Below are positions 56,620 through 63,989 of a DNA stretch of 64,000 nucleotides, one piece after another. The notes beneath the pieces are model-generated. The model worked only from the letters and a program-made list of their open reading frames with translations. It ran no database searches and was not told the origin of the DNA. The stretch is from positions 47,557 to 111,556 of the IMG/VR virus record IMGVR_UViG_3300023174_000090; one strand, written 5' to 3'. Both the position numbers and the translations under genes were made by a program. The stretch's first letter is position 1. Every line of letters starts with the position of its first letter. Source of the stretch: a virus.

Positions 56620-57014
56620 TTATAATAGAAGAAGATAACGCACTAGATGCATATGTTAAAGAATCCTCAATAGAGGGATATGGTTTATTTGCATCTAAAG
56701 ATTTCAAAAAAGGAGAACTCATCGTAGACTATAATTTGTTTCCGGAAAATTGGTATAAAATGAAATACGTTGATTTATCCGAAGAACAGATTATAAAAAA
56801 TTGGTATGTTATGATCGATAACAAAAATTGTATTACCAATGATAAATTTTCTAAATTTTCATATATAAATCATTCCAGAAATCCAAATTGTTTTTGGAGT
56901 ATTAATAAAAGAATTATAACTGCTGATAGAGATATTCAAAAAGATGAAGAACTCTTTATCGATTATCGTTTAGAACCTAGACCAAACAGAGTAGAATTTC
57001 CAGATTGGATTTAA
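56616..57014 (+). CDS. SET-domain protein (lysine methyltransferase fold)
   Basis: SSIEGYGLFA..F.KGE.I, YINHSRNPNC, ADRDIQKDEELFIDY. Confidence 0.9.
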   Translation: MIIIEEDNALDAYVKESSIEGYGLFASKDFKKGELIVDYNLFPENWYKMKYVDLSEEQIIKNWYVMIDNKNCITNDKFSKFSYINHSRNPNCFWSINKRIITADRDIQKDEELFIDYRLEPRPNRVEFPDWI

Positions 57015-57016
57015 TT

Positions 57017-57679
57017 ATGATTCTTGCTCTTTCTGATTTACATTTAGGTAGCCCAATTTGCCAAGCAAGTTTGACTTTACATTTACTTGAAAACGAAACT
57101 TATGATACTCTAGTAATTTGTGGAGATTTGTTAGATAGTTATAATATTCACAGACTTTGCAAAATACAGTGGAAAGTTCTTTCAGCTTTAAGAAAAATTT
57201 CAAAAAATAAAAAATGCATTTTTATTAAAGGAAATCATGATAAAGATTTGGAAACAATTTCGGCTCTTCTTGGGTTTGAATTTGTTGATGAATATTCACA
57301 AACAATTAACCATAAAAGAATACTTTTTACTCATGGTGACAAGTTTGATTTTTTTATTACCGCTAGACCGTTTTTAACCGAACTTGCTTCTGGTATATAC
57401 TATATTTTACAAAAACTAGATAAGAAACAAAAACTCACCAGAAAACTTAAAACCAAGATTAAAACATGGCACGGAGCAGCACATGATTTAACTGTCCGTA
57501 TTGCTCAGTATTGCTACAATAACCAGTATGATGCAGTTTGTTTTGGTCATACGCACGTTCCTAAACAATACTATGTAGGTGGAGTAGAATGCGTAAATTT
57601 AGGTTCTCAGTGTGAATTACCGATTACCTATGCTATGATTGATGATAGTGGTAAAATAGAATTAAAAAATTACGAGTAA
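57017..57679 (+). CDS. Metallophosphoesterase, UDP-2,3-diacylglucosamine hydrolase (LpxH)-like
   Basis: LSDLHLG, CGDLLD, KGNHD, THGDKFD, FGHTH, NLGS. Confidence 0.8.
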   Translation: MILALSDLHLGSPICQASLTLHLLENETYDTLVICGDLLDSYNIHRLCKIQWKVLSALRKISKNKKCIFIKGNHDKDLETISALLGFEFVDEYSQTINHKRILFTHGDKFDFFITARPFLTELASGIYYILQKLDKKQKLTRKLKTKIKTWHGAAHDLTVRIAQYCYNNQYDAVCFGHTHVPKQYYVGGVECVNLGSQCELPITYAMIDDSGKIELKNYE

Positions 57680-57713
57680 GAAAACCCATATAATTAAATA
57701 AGTATATATTATT

Positions 57714-58313
57714 ATGCCAACAGAAAATTTGTTATTAAAAGTCGATGGAAAACTTAAAGTCAATGGAAAAGTAAGAGTCTTAAATACTAATTCATCAGAA
57801 GAGGTTATCAATTATAATTTTAGAGGTGATTTCACTGGCATACAATACAATCTTAATGATGCGGTTGTTTCACTTGGTAGGAATTTCGAAACAAACATGA
57901 ATTCACGCTCTTTATATCTGTATAAAAATATAACATGCGCGGTTGGATCATCACCATATTCATCTGCATATGCTCATTGTTGGGAATTAATCGCAAATTT
58001 ACCAGATTTTAATCCAGCTGATCCTCTTGCTGATTTACCGGATAATGAAGCGGGTGTAAAAATTGATGGTTGGTATATTGATGGAGTTCCGGTTGGCGGA
58101 CAATCTTGGAGAGTAATGAATCCAACTTCTAATATTAACGGTAGACCCGCTTATACATATGGGGATGAAACCGTATTATGGAATGGTTCAAATTGGGAAT
58201 ATAATAATAGTGGATACGGAACACTATCAACCGGAACCGGAAATGCCCCTTATCCTTGGCAAGCAACTTGGGCAAATGGATTCACTTCGGAAAAAAGTGT
58301 AATCAGAAGTTAA
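57714..58313 (+). CDS. Putative virion structural/decoration protein
   Basis: Rich in G/N/W; YNLNDAV carbohydrate-binding-like segment; TAAATAAGTA upstream. Confidence 0.45.
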   Translation: MPTENLLLKVDGKLKVNGKVRVLNTNSSEEVINYNFRGDFTGIQYNLNDAVVSLGRNFETNMNSRSLYLYKNITCAVGSSPYSSAYAHCWELIANLPDFNPADPLADLPDNEAGVKIDGWYIDGVPVGGQSWRVMNPTSNINGRPAYTYGDETVLWNGSNWEYNNSGYGTLSTGTGNAPYPWQATWANGFTSEKSVIRS

Positions 58314-58361
58314 AATTTTTCTTGACTAAATTGAAAAATAGTTCATAATCTACTATAGATT

Positions 58362-58640
58362 ATGTTAACAGAAAATAATAAATTCGAAGAATATAGATAC
58401 GCTATTCGTCACAAACCTACTCAAAAATGGGTTAAATTTAAAAATGATGATTTAGAATTAACCGTAACTACAATAAAACTGGTAAATTTTAAAGATTGTT
58501 TAATTTCTTCAGCAACTAAAGACATTTTAGAAACATTTTTAAAAGTGAGCGCATTTAACAACACTCCTAATTATGGTAAAGAAAACTTTTTAGAATTTGA
58601 GATTGTAAAAGTTCTAACAACATATACAATAGAATCATGA
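58362..58640 (+). CDS. Hypothetical protein
   Basis: ORF after TTGACT-16-CATAAT. Confidence 0.55.
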   Translation: MLTENNKFEEYRYAIRHKPTQKWVKFKNDDLELTVTTIKLVNFKDCLISSATKDILETFLKVSAFNNTPNYGKENFLEFEIVKVLTTYTIES

Positions 58641-58903
58641 GTGATTATACACAACCATACACACCAGAAGGAAGACATCCAGAAGACGCAATTTATGAGG
58701 TTAAAGAGTTCGTCAAAAAACTCCAAGACGTTCAAGAAGATTATTTTCAAAGATTGTCTAAAGGATTAAAATTAACCCAAGAAGGAGAAGAATATCTTTT
58801 CGATTACATTTACAATGTAAACAACGATGACCAAGAAATTGATGACTTTGCTCATTATGTGCAAACTCTTGGAAAGAGTTATAGAAATTTTATTAAAAAA
58901 TAA
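58637..58903 (+). CDS. Hypothetical protein
   Basis: Intact ORF with ATGA overlap. Confidence 0.55.
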   Translation: MSDYTQPYTPEGRHPEDAIYEVKEFVKKLQDVQEDYFQRLSKGLKLTQEGEEYLFDYIYNVNNDDQEIDDFAHYVQTLGKSYRNFIKK

Positions 58904-58904
58904 T

Positions 58905-59090
58905 ATGAAAGAAAAAATTGACCCAATGCTGATATTTATGGCAATTATGTTTAGTTGTATTCTTGGCACACTTTGCTATATGTCTAAATTAGAAAGAGAA
59001 GACAAAAACAAAAGAGCAGAGCTTGTTAAAGAAGCTATTGAAAAAAACTGGACACCAGATCAAATCCGAGTTATAATAGAATCAAGATGA
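58905..59090 (+). CDS. Small membrane protein
   Basis: N-terminal TM helix followed by a charged tail. Confidence 0.5.
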   Translation: MKEKIDPMLIFMAIMFSCILGTLCYMSKLEREDKNKRAELVKEAIEKNWTPDQIRVIIESR

Positions 59091-59467
59091 GAACTATAAA
59101 GTTTCGTTTCTGGAGTCCACAAGGAAAAGCATTTGTACAACAATACAAATATAACGGACTTGTTGATGAATTGTTTGATGAGAGAGAATGGAGGATTTTA
59201 GTTCCTTCTCAATATACAGGAATGAAAGATTGCGAAGAAAAAGAAATTTGGGAGGGAGATATTATTGAGTTTGAAAGACCTTTAACGAACAGAGATTCTA
59301 AAAAATATATTGCAATTGTATCCTATGAGGATGCGGCTTATTCGATTAGGTCTAAAGAAACTGAAGGAACACTTACATATGGTTTGCTACATGATCTTTC
59401 TAATGCCATTTATGATTGGAAGGTTAAGGTAATTGGAAATAAATTCGCTAATACAGAATTATTATGA
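59087..59467 (+). CDS. YopX-family protein
   Basis: MRTIKFRFW...QYTGMKD..EKEIWEGDII...VIGNKF.N.ELL. Confidence 0.88.
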   Translation: MRTIKFRFWSPQGKAFVQQYKYNGLVDELFDEREWRILVPSQYTGMKDCEEKEIWEGDIIEFERPLTNRDSKKYIAIVSYEDAAYSIRSKETEGTLTYGLLHDLSNAIYDWKVKVIGNKFANTELL

Positions 59468-59745
59468 ATACATTTTACGAAAGAATTCATGACGGGGAAT
59501 TTTTTGTTTACAGTGAAGAAAGCAAAAAATTCTATTTATCAGCGATGAAAAAGTTTAAAGACAAAGGACATTTGGTTAGTGAGTATACGGAAGAAACTTT
59601 GGATAAACTTGTAAGGTCAGGTTCTTTTAAAAAACATACTAAAAACCCTGTTGTTATAGCTCAACATGATGTCATTACAGATATTATTCTTGAGAACAAA
59701 AAACTCAAAGAAGAGATAGCACAACTTAAAAAAGAAATAAACTAA
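59464..59745 (+). CDS. Hypothetical protein
   Basis: Intact ORF with a C-terminal coiled coil. Confidence 0.5.
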   Translation: MNTFYERIHDGEFFVYSEESKKFYLSAMKKFKDKGHLVSEYTEETLDKLVRSGSFKKHTKNPVVIAQHDVITDIILENKKLKEEIAQLKKEIN

Positions 59746-60267
59746 ATGAATACAGAAATAGAAACACTAACAAGCGTAGTAACAAAAGAACTAGATAGAA
59801 TTAAATCTAATATGGTTCAAGACGAAGTTGATAAGAACGATTTGAATTGTATAACGGATGCAATCGAATGGTTACAGATCATAAAAGAGATCGATATTGA
59901 ATACAAAAACACAAAAGGAACTGGACCTAATCCAGACAGAATAGAAGATCTTTACAATCAAAGAAATATCCATTATAATTTTGATTGCGAAATTATTAAC
60001 AATGCTTCGGGTTATATCATAGCACCTGTATTTACATATAAAACTAAAGTAGAAGCTGCCACATGTATTATTTTCAATTCCTTGCAAGAAATGAAGGATT
60101 TTTTAAAAGATAAAAAATATCTATTGTATATGGTTATAGTTTCTATTAAAGCTCATATGGTCGAGACTGCTGATAATGGGATGTTCATTATAATTCCAAA
60201 TAGACCATTGTACGGAACTCCAGAAATAAAATATACTTTTAGAGGACACATTTTAAATGATACCTAG
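59746..60267 (+). CDS. Hypothetical protein
   Basis: Intact ORF. Confidence 0.5.
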   Translation: MNTEIETLTSVVTKELDRIKSNMVQDEVDKNDLNCITDAIEWLQIIKEIDIEYKNTKGTGPNPDRIEDLYNQRNIHYNFDCEIINNASGYIIAPVFTYKTKVEAATCIIFNSLQEMKDFLKDKKYLLYMVIVSIKAHMVETADNGMFIIIPNRPLYGTPEIKYTFRGHILNDT

Positions 60268-60487
60268 AAAATACGCAACATACCAAAACACCAAAGTTGG
60301 AGACAAGATTAAGTTTAGAGAATCTACCAAACATTGGTTTCTCAATAGAGAAGAGAATGCAAAGAAGCTAGTATCTGGACAAGTTTATACAGTAAAAAAA
60401 ATTAGCGTTGCTTCTTCTTCAACTGGTGTTATACTAGAAGAAACAAACGAAGAAGTAGAACTAACTTGGTTTGATATTATAGAATGA
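60257..60487 (+). CDS. Hypothetical protein (small beta-barrel-like)
   Basis: KVGDKIKF...GQVYTV pattern. Confidence 0.5.
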   Translation: MIPRKYATYQNTKVGDKIKFRESTKHWFLNREENAKKLVSGQVYTVKKISVASSSTGVILEETNEEVELTWFDIIE

Positions 60488-60819
60488 ATGAATATACGCC
60501 AGATAAATGGTTAGTTGTTAAAATTGAAGGAGGAAAATTTCCTTTGACCTATAAAGTATTTGCTTGTTGGTATGGAGGTTATTTAAATGAAGACTCTTGG
60601 AAGCTGAATAGCGGAATTACAAAAGTCACAAAAGAAGACGGATACTATTTGTTTGAAGGTTATTCTGGTTCTGTTTATTCTTGTAGCGAAAAACGCTATG
60701 GTGCTACTATATATGGTCACGGAGTTTTACAGGACATTATCAACAAATCCAAAGAAGCTGGAGTAAACGTAGAAATAATGCCAGAAGATACAAATTGGCT
60801 TGACTTGTCCTACGAATAA
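60484..60819 (+). CDS. Conserved phage hypothetical protein
   Basis: YTPDKWLVV...YKVFA.WYGGYL..SWKLNSGI...GYSGSVY.C, recognised as a common myophage early gene. Confidence 0.65.
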   Translation: MNEYTPDKWLVVKIEGGKFPLTYKVFACWYGGYLNEDSWKLNSGITKVTKEDGYYLFEGYSGSVYSCSEKRYGATIYGHGVLQDIINKSKEAGVNVEIMPEDTNWLDLSYE

Positions 60820-60865
60820 TTCTATATTGATTACATGAAGGACAAAATAGAAGAGGATAATTTAT

Positions 60866-61117
60866 ATGTGTGATTGTTGTAATGCTAACAAATATTGGAA
60901 AATTTTTAGTAAAAACGGTAAACTAAAGGAAGTACACTGGGGAGATGATCGATATTTCTTCAAAGTAAAAGATAAAGATTTTGTTGTAAAATATCATTCT
61001 AAAAATGTTATTAAGATATATAAAATAATAAAATGCACCGAATGTACCGATCTTTTGTATTATAGCTGGATACCTACAAAAGAAAAATCAATAGCTAAGT
61101 TAGCCTACCTAAAATAA
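60866..61117 (+). CDS. Small Cys-containing hypothetical protein
   Basis: CDCC...CTEC. Confidence 0.5.
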   Translation: MCDCCNANKYWKIFSKNGKLKEVHWGDDRYFFKVKDKDFVVKYHSKNVIKIYKIIKCTECTDLLYYSWIPTKEKSIAKLAYLK

Positions 61118-61141
61118 GGGGTTATACTCACAAAGTAATTT

Positions 61142-61408
61142 ATGAAAATTTCGAAAGTTAGTTTAGGTGGAGAGAACAGCCGTAGACGTACGAGTGGCAC
61201 ACGTTCGAGTCGTGTACTTTCGACCATCTTTAAAAAATTACAAAAGTTAGATAGAGAGATTTCAAGACTTCAAAATAAAATAAATCCTTTTGGTGCTTAT
61301 AGTTTTGATTTTGGAAAGCATAGAAACAAGAAACTCGAAGAACAAATTAAAAAACTTGACATGCAGAGAAAAGAAGTTAGACTTGAGAGAAAGAAGTATG
61401 GTAATTAA
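61142..61408 (+). CDS. Basic coiled-coil ORF whose 5' part overlaps a tRNA-like element
   Basis: Open from ATG 61142. Codons 4-29 coincide with the tRNA-like RNA; the rest looks like a helical protein. Confidence 0.35.
   Translation: MKISKVSLGGENSRRRTSGTRSSRVLSTIFKKLQKLDREISRLQNKINPFGAYSFDFGKHRNKKLEEQIKKLDMQRKEVRLERKKYGN
61152..61226 (+). tRNA. tRNA-like RNA, anticodon undetermined (non-canonical anticodon arm)
   Basis: Acceptor CGAAAGT/ACTTTCG + A + CCA; TA; D arm GTTT-AGGTGGAGA-GAAC; T arm ACACG-TTCGAGT-CGTGT. The middle arm folds only as CGTA-GACG-TACG. Confidence 0.75.
61350..61398 (+). repeat. 49-bp direct repeat, copy 1 (contains promoter TTGACA-16-TAGACT)
   Basis: 45/49 identical to 61592-61640. 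Confidence 0.85.
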
Positions 61409-61601
61409 AAAAAGAAAACCACGGACAAAAAGTTATGATCTCGGTTTTGATGGAGCGCATATTAACGGAAAACCAATAATGCATGATTCTCCAGCAATAG
61501 AAAAATTGGATTTTCGTTTTAAAAATAAACTATGTCTTGGGTGTGGAAAAAAAGAGTGTCAATGTAAAAGTAAGAACAACAAAAGAAGTTTAAAAACTTG
61601 A
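61398..61601 (+). CDS. Small basic Cys-rich protein
   Basis: MVIKKRKPRTK...CLGC...CQC; flanked by the direct repeats. Confidence 0.55.
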   Translation: MVIKKRKPRTKSYDLGFDGAHINGKPIMHDSPAIEKLDFRFKNKLCLGCGKKECQCKSKNNKRSLKT

Positions 61602-61640
61602 CTTGAAGAGAAAAGAAGTTAGACTTGAAAGAAAGAAATA
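61592..61640 (+). repeat. 49-bp direct repeat, copy 2 (promoter TTGACT-16-TAGACT)
   Basis: 45/49 identical to 61350-61398; a partial third copy lies near 62037-62058. Confidence 0.85.
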
Positions 61641-61646
61641 CAAATT

Positions 61647-62048
61647 ATGAAAATAGAAAAAGAATATTATGAAATTATAAAAGAAAAGTGGAAACCTTTT
61701 CTTGTTGGTGTACCCACTGACGAGCAATTTGATTGTTCGTTTATTCTTAATACATTAGAAAACTTTATGTTTTGGGAGAAGATTGACGAAAGCACATTTC
61801 TTTCTTTCTTAGAAAAAATCCTTAGTATTTTCGGAAATGTTAATACAGAAGATCATTATGAAGAAGTTTTAGATATTTTGGAAGAATCAGAATTCATCAA
61901 AAATAAATTCAACAGAGAAAATTCAGAAGACAAACATTCTAATTTTTTACTTGCTCTATGCGGAGATTTCGATACGGTTCAAGAATATTTTGTGTTTTTA
62001 GAAAAAAGTAGACAAGATACATTAAAAAAAATTAAGAACTTGACTTGA
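61647..62048 (+). CDS. Hypothetical protein
   Basis: Intact ORF. Confidence 0.5.
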   Translation: MKIEKEYYEIIKEKWKPFLVGVPTDEQFDCSFILNTLENFMFWEKIDESTFLSFLEKILSIFGNVNTEDHYEEVLDILEESEFIKNKFNRENSEDKHSNFLLALCGDFDTVQEYFVFLEKSRQDTLKKIKNLT

Positions 62049-62058
62049 GAGGAGAAAT

Positions 62059-62304
62059 ATGAAAATTAAAATTAATACCATAAAAATTGATCACGAAAAT
62101 CATTATGATTTTTCATTAAAGATATATGAATTTATTAAAAATAAAGTAGAAAATAAAAAGGATTGTGAAAAAAACACTTTCACTGCAATTCCTAAAACGA
62201 AGAAACCTTATTTTTGGCAATTCAACAAAAAGAAAAAATATAAACAAGAATGCGATTTGATTTTTGAAGATTTACAAAAGATATTAAAGACAGAGAAGAA
62301 ATAA
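62059..62304 (+). CDS. Hypothetical protein
   Basis: Intact ORF; GAGGAG upstream. Confidence 0.5.
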   Translation: MKIKINTIKIDHENHYDFSLKIYEFIKNKVENKKDCEKNTFTAIPKTKKPYFWQFNKKKKYKQECDLIFEDLQKILKTEKK

Positions 62305-62309
62305 AAACA

Positions 62310-62501
62310 ATGAAACTATACATAATAAAAGTAAACGGAAAGCTTATAAAAGCTGTCCATGAAGATTGGAATTGGGAAGAAGCACAAGAAAATTTAAAAA
62401 AGATATATGGAGAAGATGCTGATGTAGAGCTAGTTTCTAGTATGTCTGAAGAACTTTTCGAAGATCTTACGAAATTTAAACTCGAAGAATATGAAAAATA
62501 A
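62310..62501 (+). CDS. Hypothetical protein
   Basis: Intact ORF. Confidence 0.5.
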   Translation: MKLYIIKVNGKLIKAVHEDWNWEEAQENLKKIYGEDADVELVSSMSEELFEDLTKFKLEEYEK

Positions 62502-62700
62502 AATTACAGTAAGTCTATACGCTAAAAAGTACGGCGAAAACGAACTAGCTAAAATGATTCTTAATAAAGAATTTGGTTTTGAATTTTCGATTGAAAGCGA
62601 TACGGAAAGAAGTCGGAGAATTCTTTCCCTTGAAGAAGCACTATCTTTAAAAGATAGTTTAGAAACAGCTTTTAGTGATTACAAAAAATATAATTTATAA
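62491..62700 (+). CDS. Hypothetical protein
   Basis: Intact ORF. Confidence 0.5.
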   Translation: MKNKITVSLYAKKYGENELAKMILNKEFGFEFSIESDTERSRRILSLEEALSLKDSLETAFSDYKKYNL

Positions 62701-62707
62701 AATTAGT

Positions 62708-62786
62708 GAGCGAGTAACGGAAATGATCAACCGTTTGGTAAGATACCGATAATCGGACGCAGGTTCAAATCCTGCCTTGCTCACCA
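62708..62786 (+). tRNA. tRNA-like RNA, anticodon undetermined (possibly an eroded class II/Leu tRNA)
   Basis: Acceptor GAGCGAG/CTTGCTC + A + CCA; TA; D arm ACGG-AAATGATCAA-CCGT; T arm GCAGG-TTCAAAT-CCTGC. The middle folds as TTGGTA-AGA-TACCGA or as CCGA-TAA-TCGG. Confidence 0.75.
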
Positions 62787-62812
62787 ACTTTTTTGGATAC
62801 GGAAATTAAAAC

Positions 62813-62929
62813 ATGAAACTATCTAACTATTTTTGGGAACCAATTAAAATTGAACACGGAGTTCCTAATTGGAAGATTGAAGAAATGAAAAACAAGAGAC
62901 AATTGTTCTCTTTAGCAGACTTTGAATAA
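62813..62929 (+). CDS. 38-aa hypothetical protein (not in the ORF track)
   Basis: MKLSNYFWEPIKIEHGVPNWKIEEMKNKRQLFSLADFE*; stop abuts the ATG at 62931. Confidence 0.45.
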   Translation: MKLSNYFWEPIKIEHGVPNWKIEEMKNKRQLFSLADFE

Positions 62930-62930
62930 T

Positions 62931-63305
62931 ATGACTAACAGAACACTTAAATTCCGCGCTTGGGATAAACTAGCAAAACAATTCACCTATCCAGATAAAG
63001 GATATCAGGGTCACTTCATTCTTACTTTGAATGGAAAATTTCAAAACCTTCAGAATGGTTCTGGTGGTGATGAATATGTTGTCCAGCAATGGACTGGATT
63101 TGTTGATCGTAACGGAAAAGACATATATGAAGGAGACATTTTTTCACAAGAATTTGATCCAATTATCTTTCTTGATGGAAAATTTATGACCAATTTACGT
63201 GGAGCAAGATTATTTGACTTAGAAGAATTTTGGGAGGATGGTCAAGAACCTGAAGTAATTGGAAACGTCTTCGAAAATAGTGAACTTTTAAATAATGAAA
63301 ATTAA
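62931..63305 (+). CDS. YopX-family protein
   Basis: RTLKFRAWDK...QQWTGFVDRNGKDIYEGDI...EVIGNVFENSELL. Confidence 0.9.
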   Translation: MTNRTLKFRAWDKLAKQFTYPDKGYQGHFILTLNGKFQNLQNGSGGDEYVVQQWTGFVDRNGKDIYEGDIFSQEFDPIIFLDGKFMTNLRGARLFDLEEFWEDGQEPEVIGNVFENSELLNNEN

Positions 63306-63501
63306 CATTGAAAATTACCAAGTATTATCTGAAGACTTTACTAAGCATATTTGCGTTGTAGTTTTAAATCATTATATTGAACTTGAAAAACAAATTATTG
63401 ATGACAATAAAGATAATAGTGATGTAATAATAAGGTCTAAAAAAAACTTAAAACACTTGAAAGAATCAAAAAATTATATACAATCATTTTATAAACAATG
63501 A
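63295..63501 (+). CDS. Hypothetical protein
   Basis: Intact ORF. Confidence 0.45.
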   Translation: MKINIENYQVLSEDFTKHICVVVLNHYIELEKQIIDDNKDNSDVIIRSKKNLKHLKESKNYIQSFYKQ

Positions 63502-63989
63502 ATAAAACAATGAGTAATATATCAAAAACACAAAGAGTATGGGCAAAGATTGATAAGCGTTTCTTAGTTTTAAGAACCGAATTTGTTCCTAATGATACGA
63601 TTGTAATATATGAGCGAGGAGGAGCTAAAGCTCTTTATTATGAACCTGATAGCACATATCTATATGATAATTTAGTTATTCAATGGGGTAGTGGAGTGAA
63701 TGATTCTAAAGGCAAGGAAATTCTTGAAGGAGATATTGTTAGAATTGTTCCTGATGGAAATATATACAAAAGCTATTGCGGACAAATAATTTTGTCTACT
63801 AAAGATAGTTTTATGATTAAATCTGAGCAAGGAAACATCGAACCACTACTTGATTCTAAAAATCTTGAAATTATTGGAAACATTTTTCAATTGCCTTGTA
63901 ATCCAGATCACAATGGAGAATGTTTGGTTTGTGATTGTTGGTTGAGCGATTGTGAATTTATTAAAGAGAATAATGATCAAGACATATAA
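63498..63989 (+). CDS. YopX-family protein with a Cys-rich C-terminal extension
   Basis: RVW...QWGSGVNDSKGKEILEGDIV...EIIGNIF followed by CNPDHNGECLVCDCWLSDC. Confidence 0.75.
   Translation: MNKTMSNISKTQRVWAKIDKRFLVLRTEFVPNDTIVIYERGGAKALYYEPDSTYLYDNLVIQWGSGVNDSKGKEILEGDIVRIVPDGNIYKSYCGQIILSTKDSFMIKSEQGNIEPLLDSKNLEIIGNIFQLPCNPDHNGECLVCDCWLSDCEFIKENNDQDI

Noticed and set aside
61179-61198. Calling the first tRNA-like element tRNA-Arg(ACG) or tRNA-Val(GAC)
   Set aside because: Placing either triplet in a 7-nt loop leaves the stem mostly unpaired and gives no U33.
62708-62786. tmRNA (the 3' end GGACGCAGGTTCAAATCC...ACCA resembles one)
   Set aside because: There is no G3-U70 alanine determinant and no internal tag ORF; the whole unit is only 79 nt.
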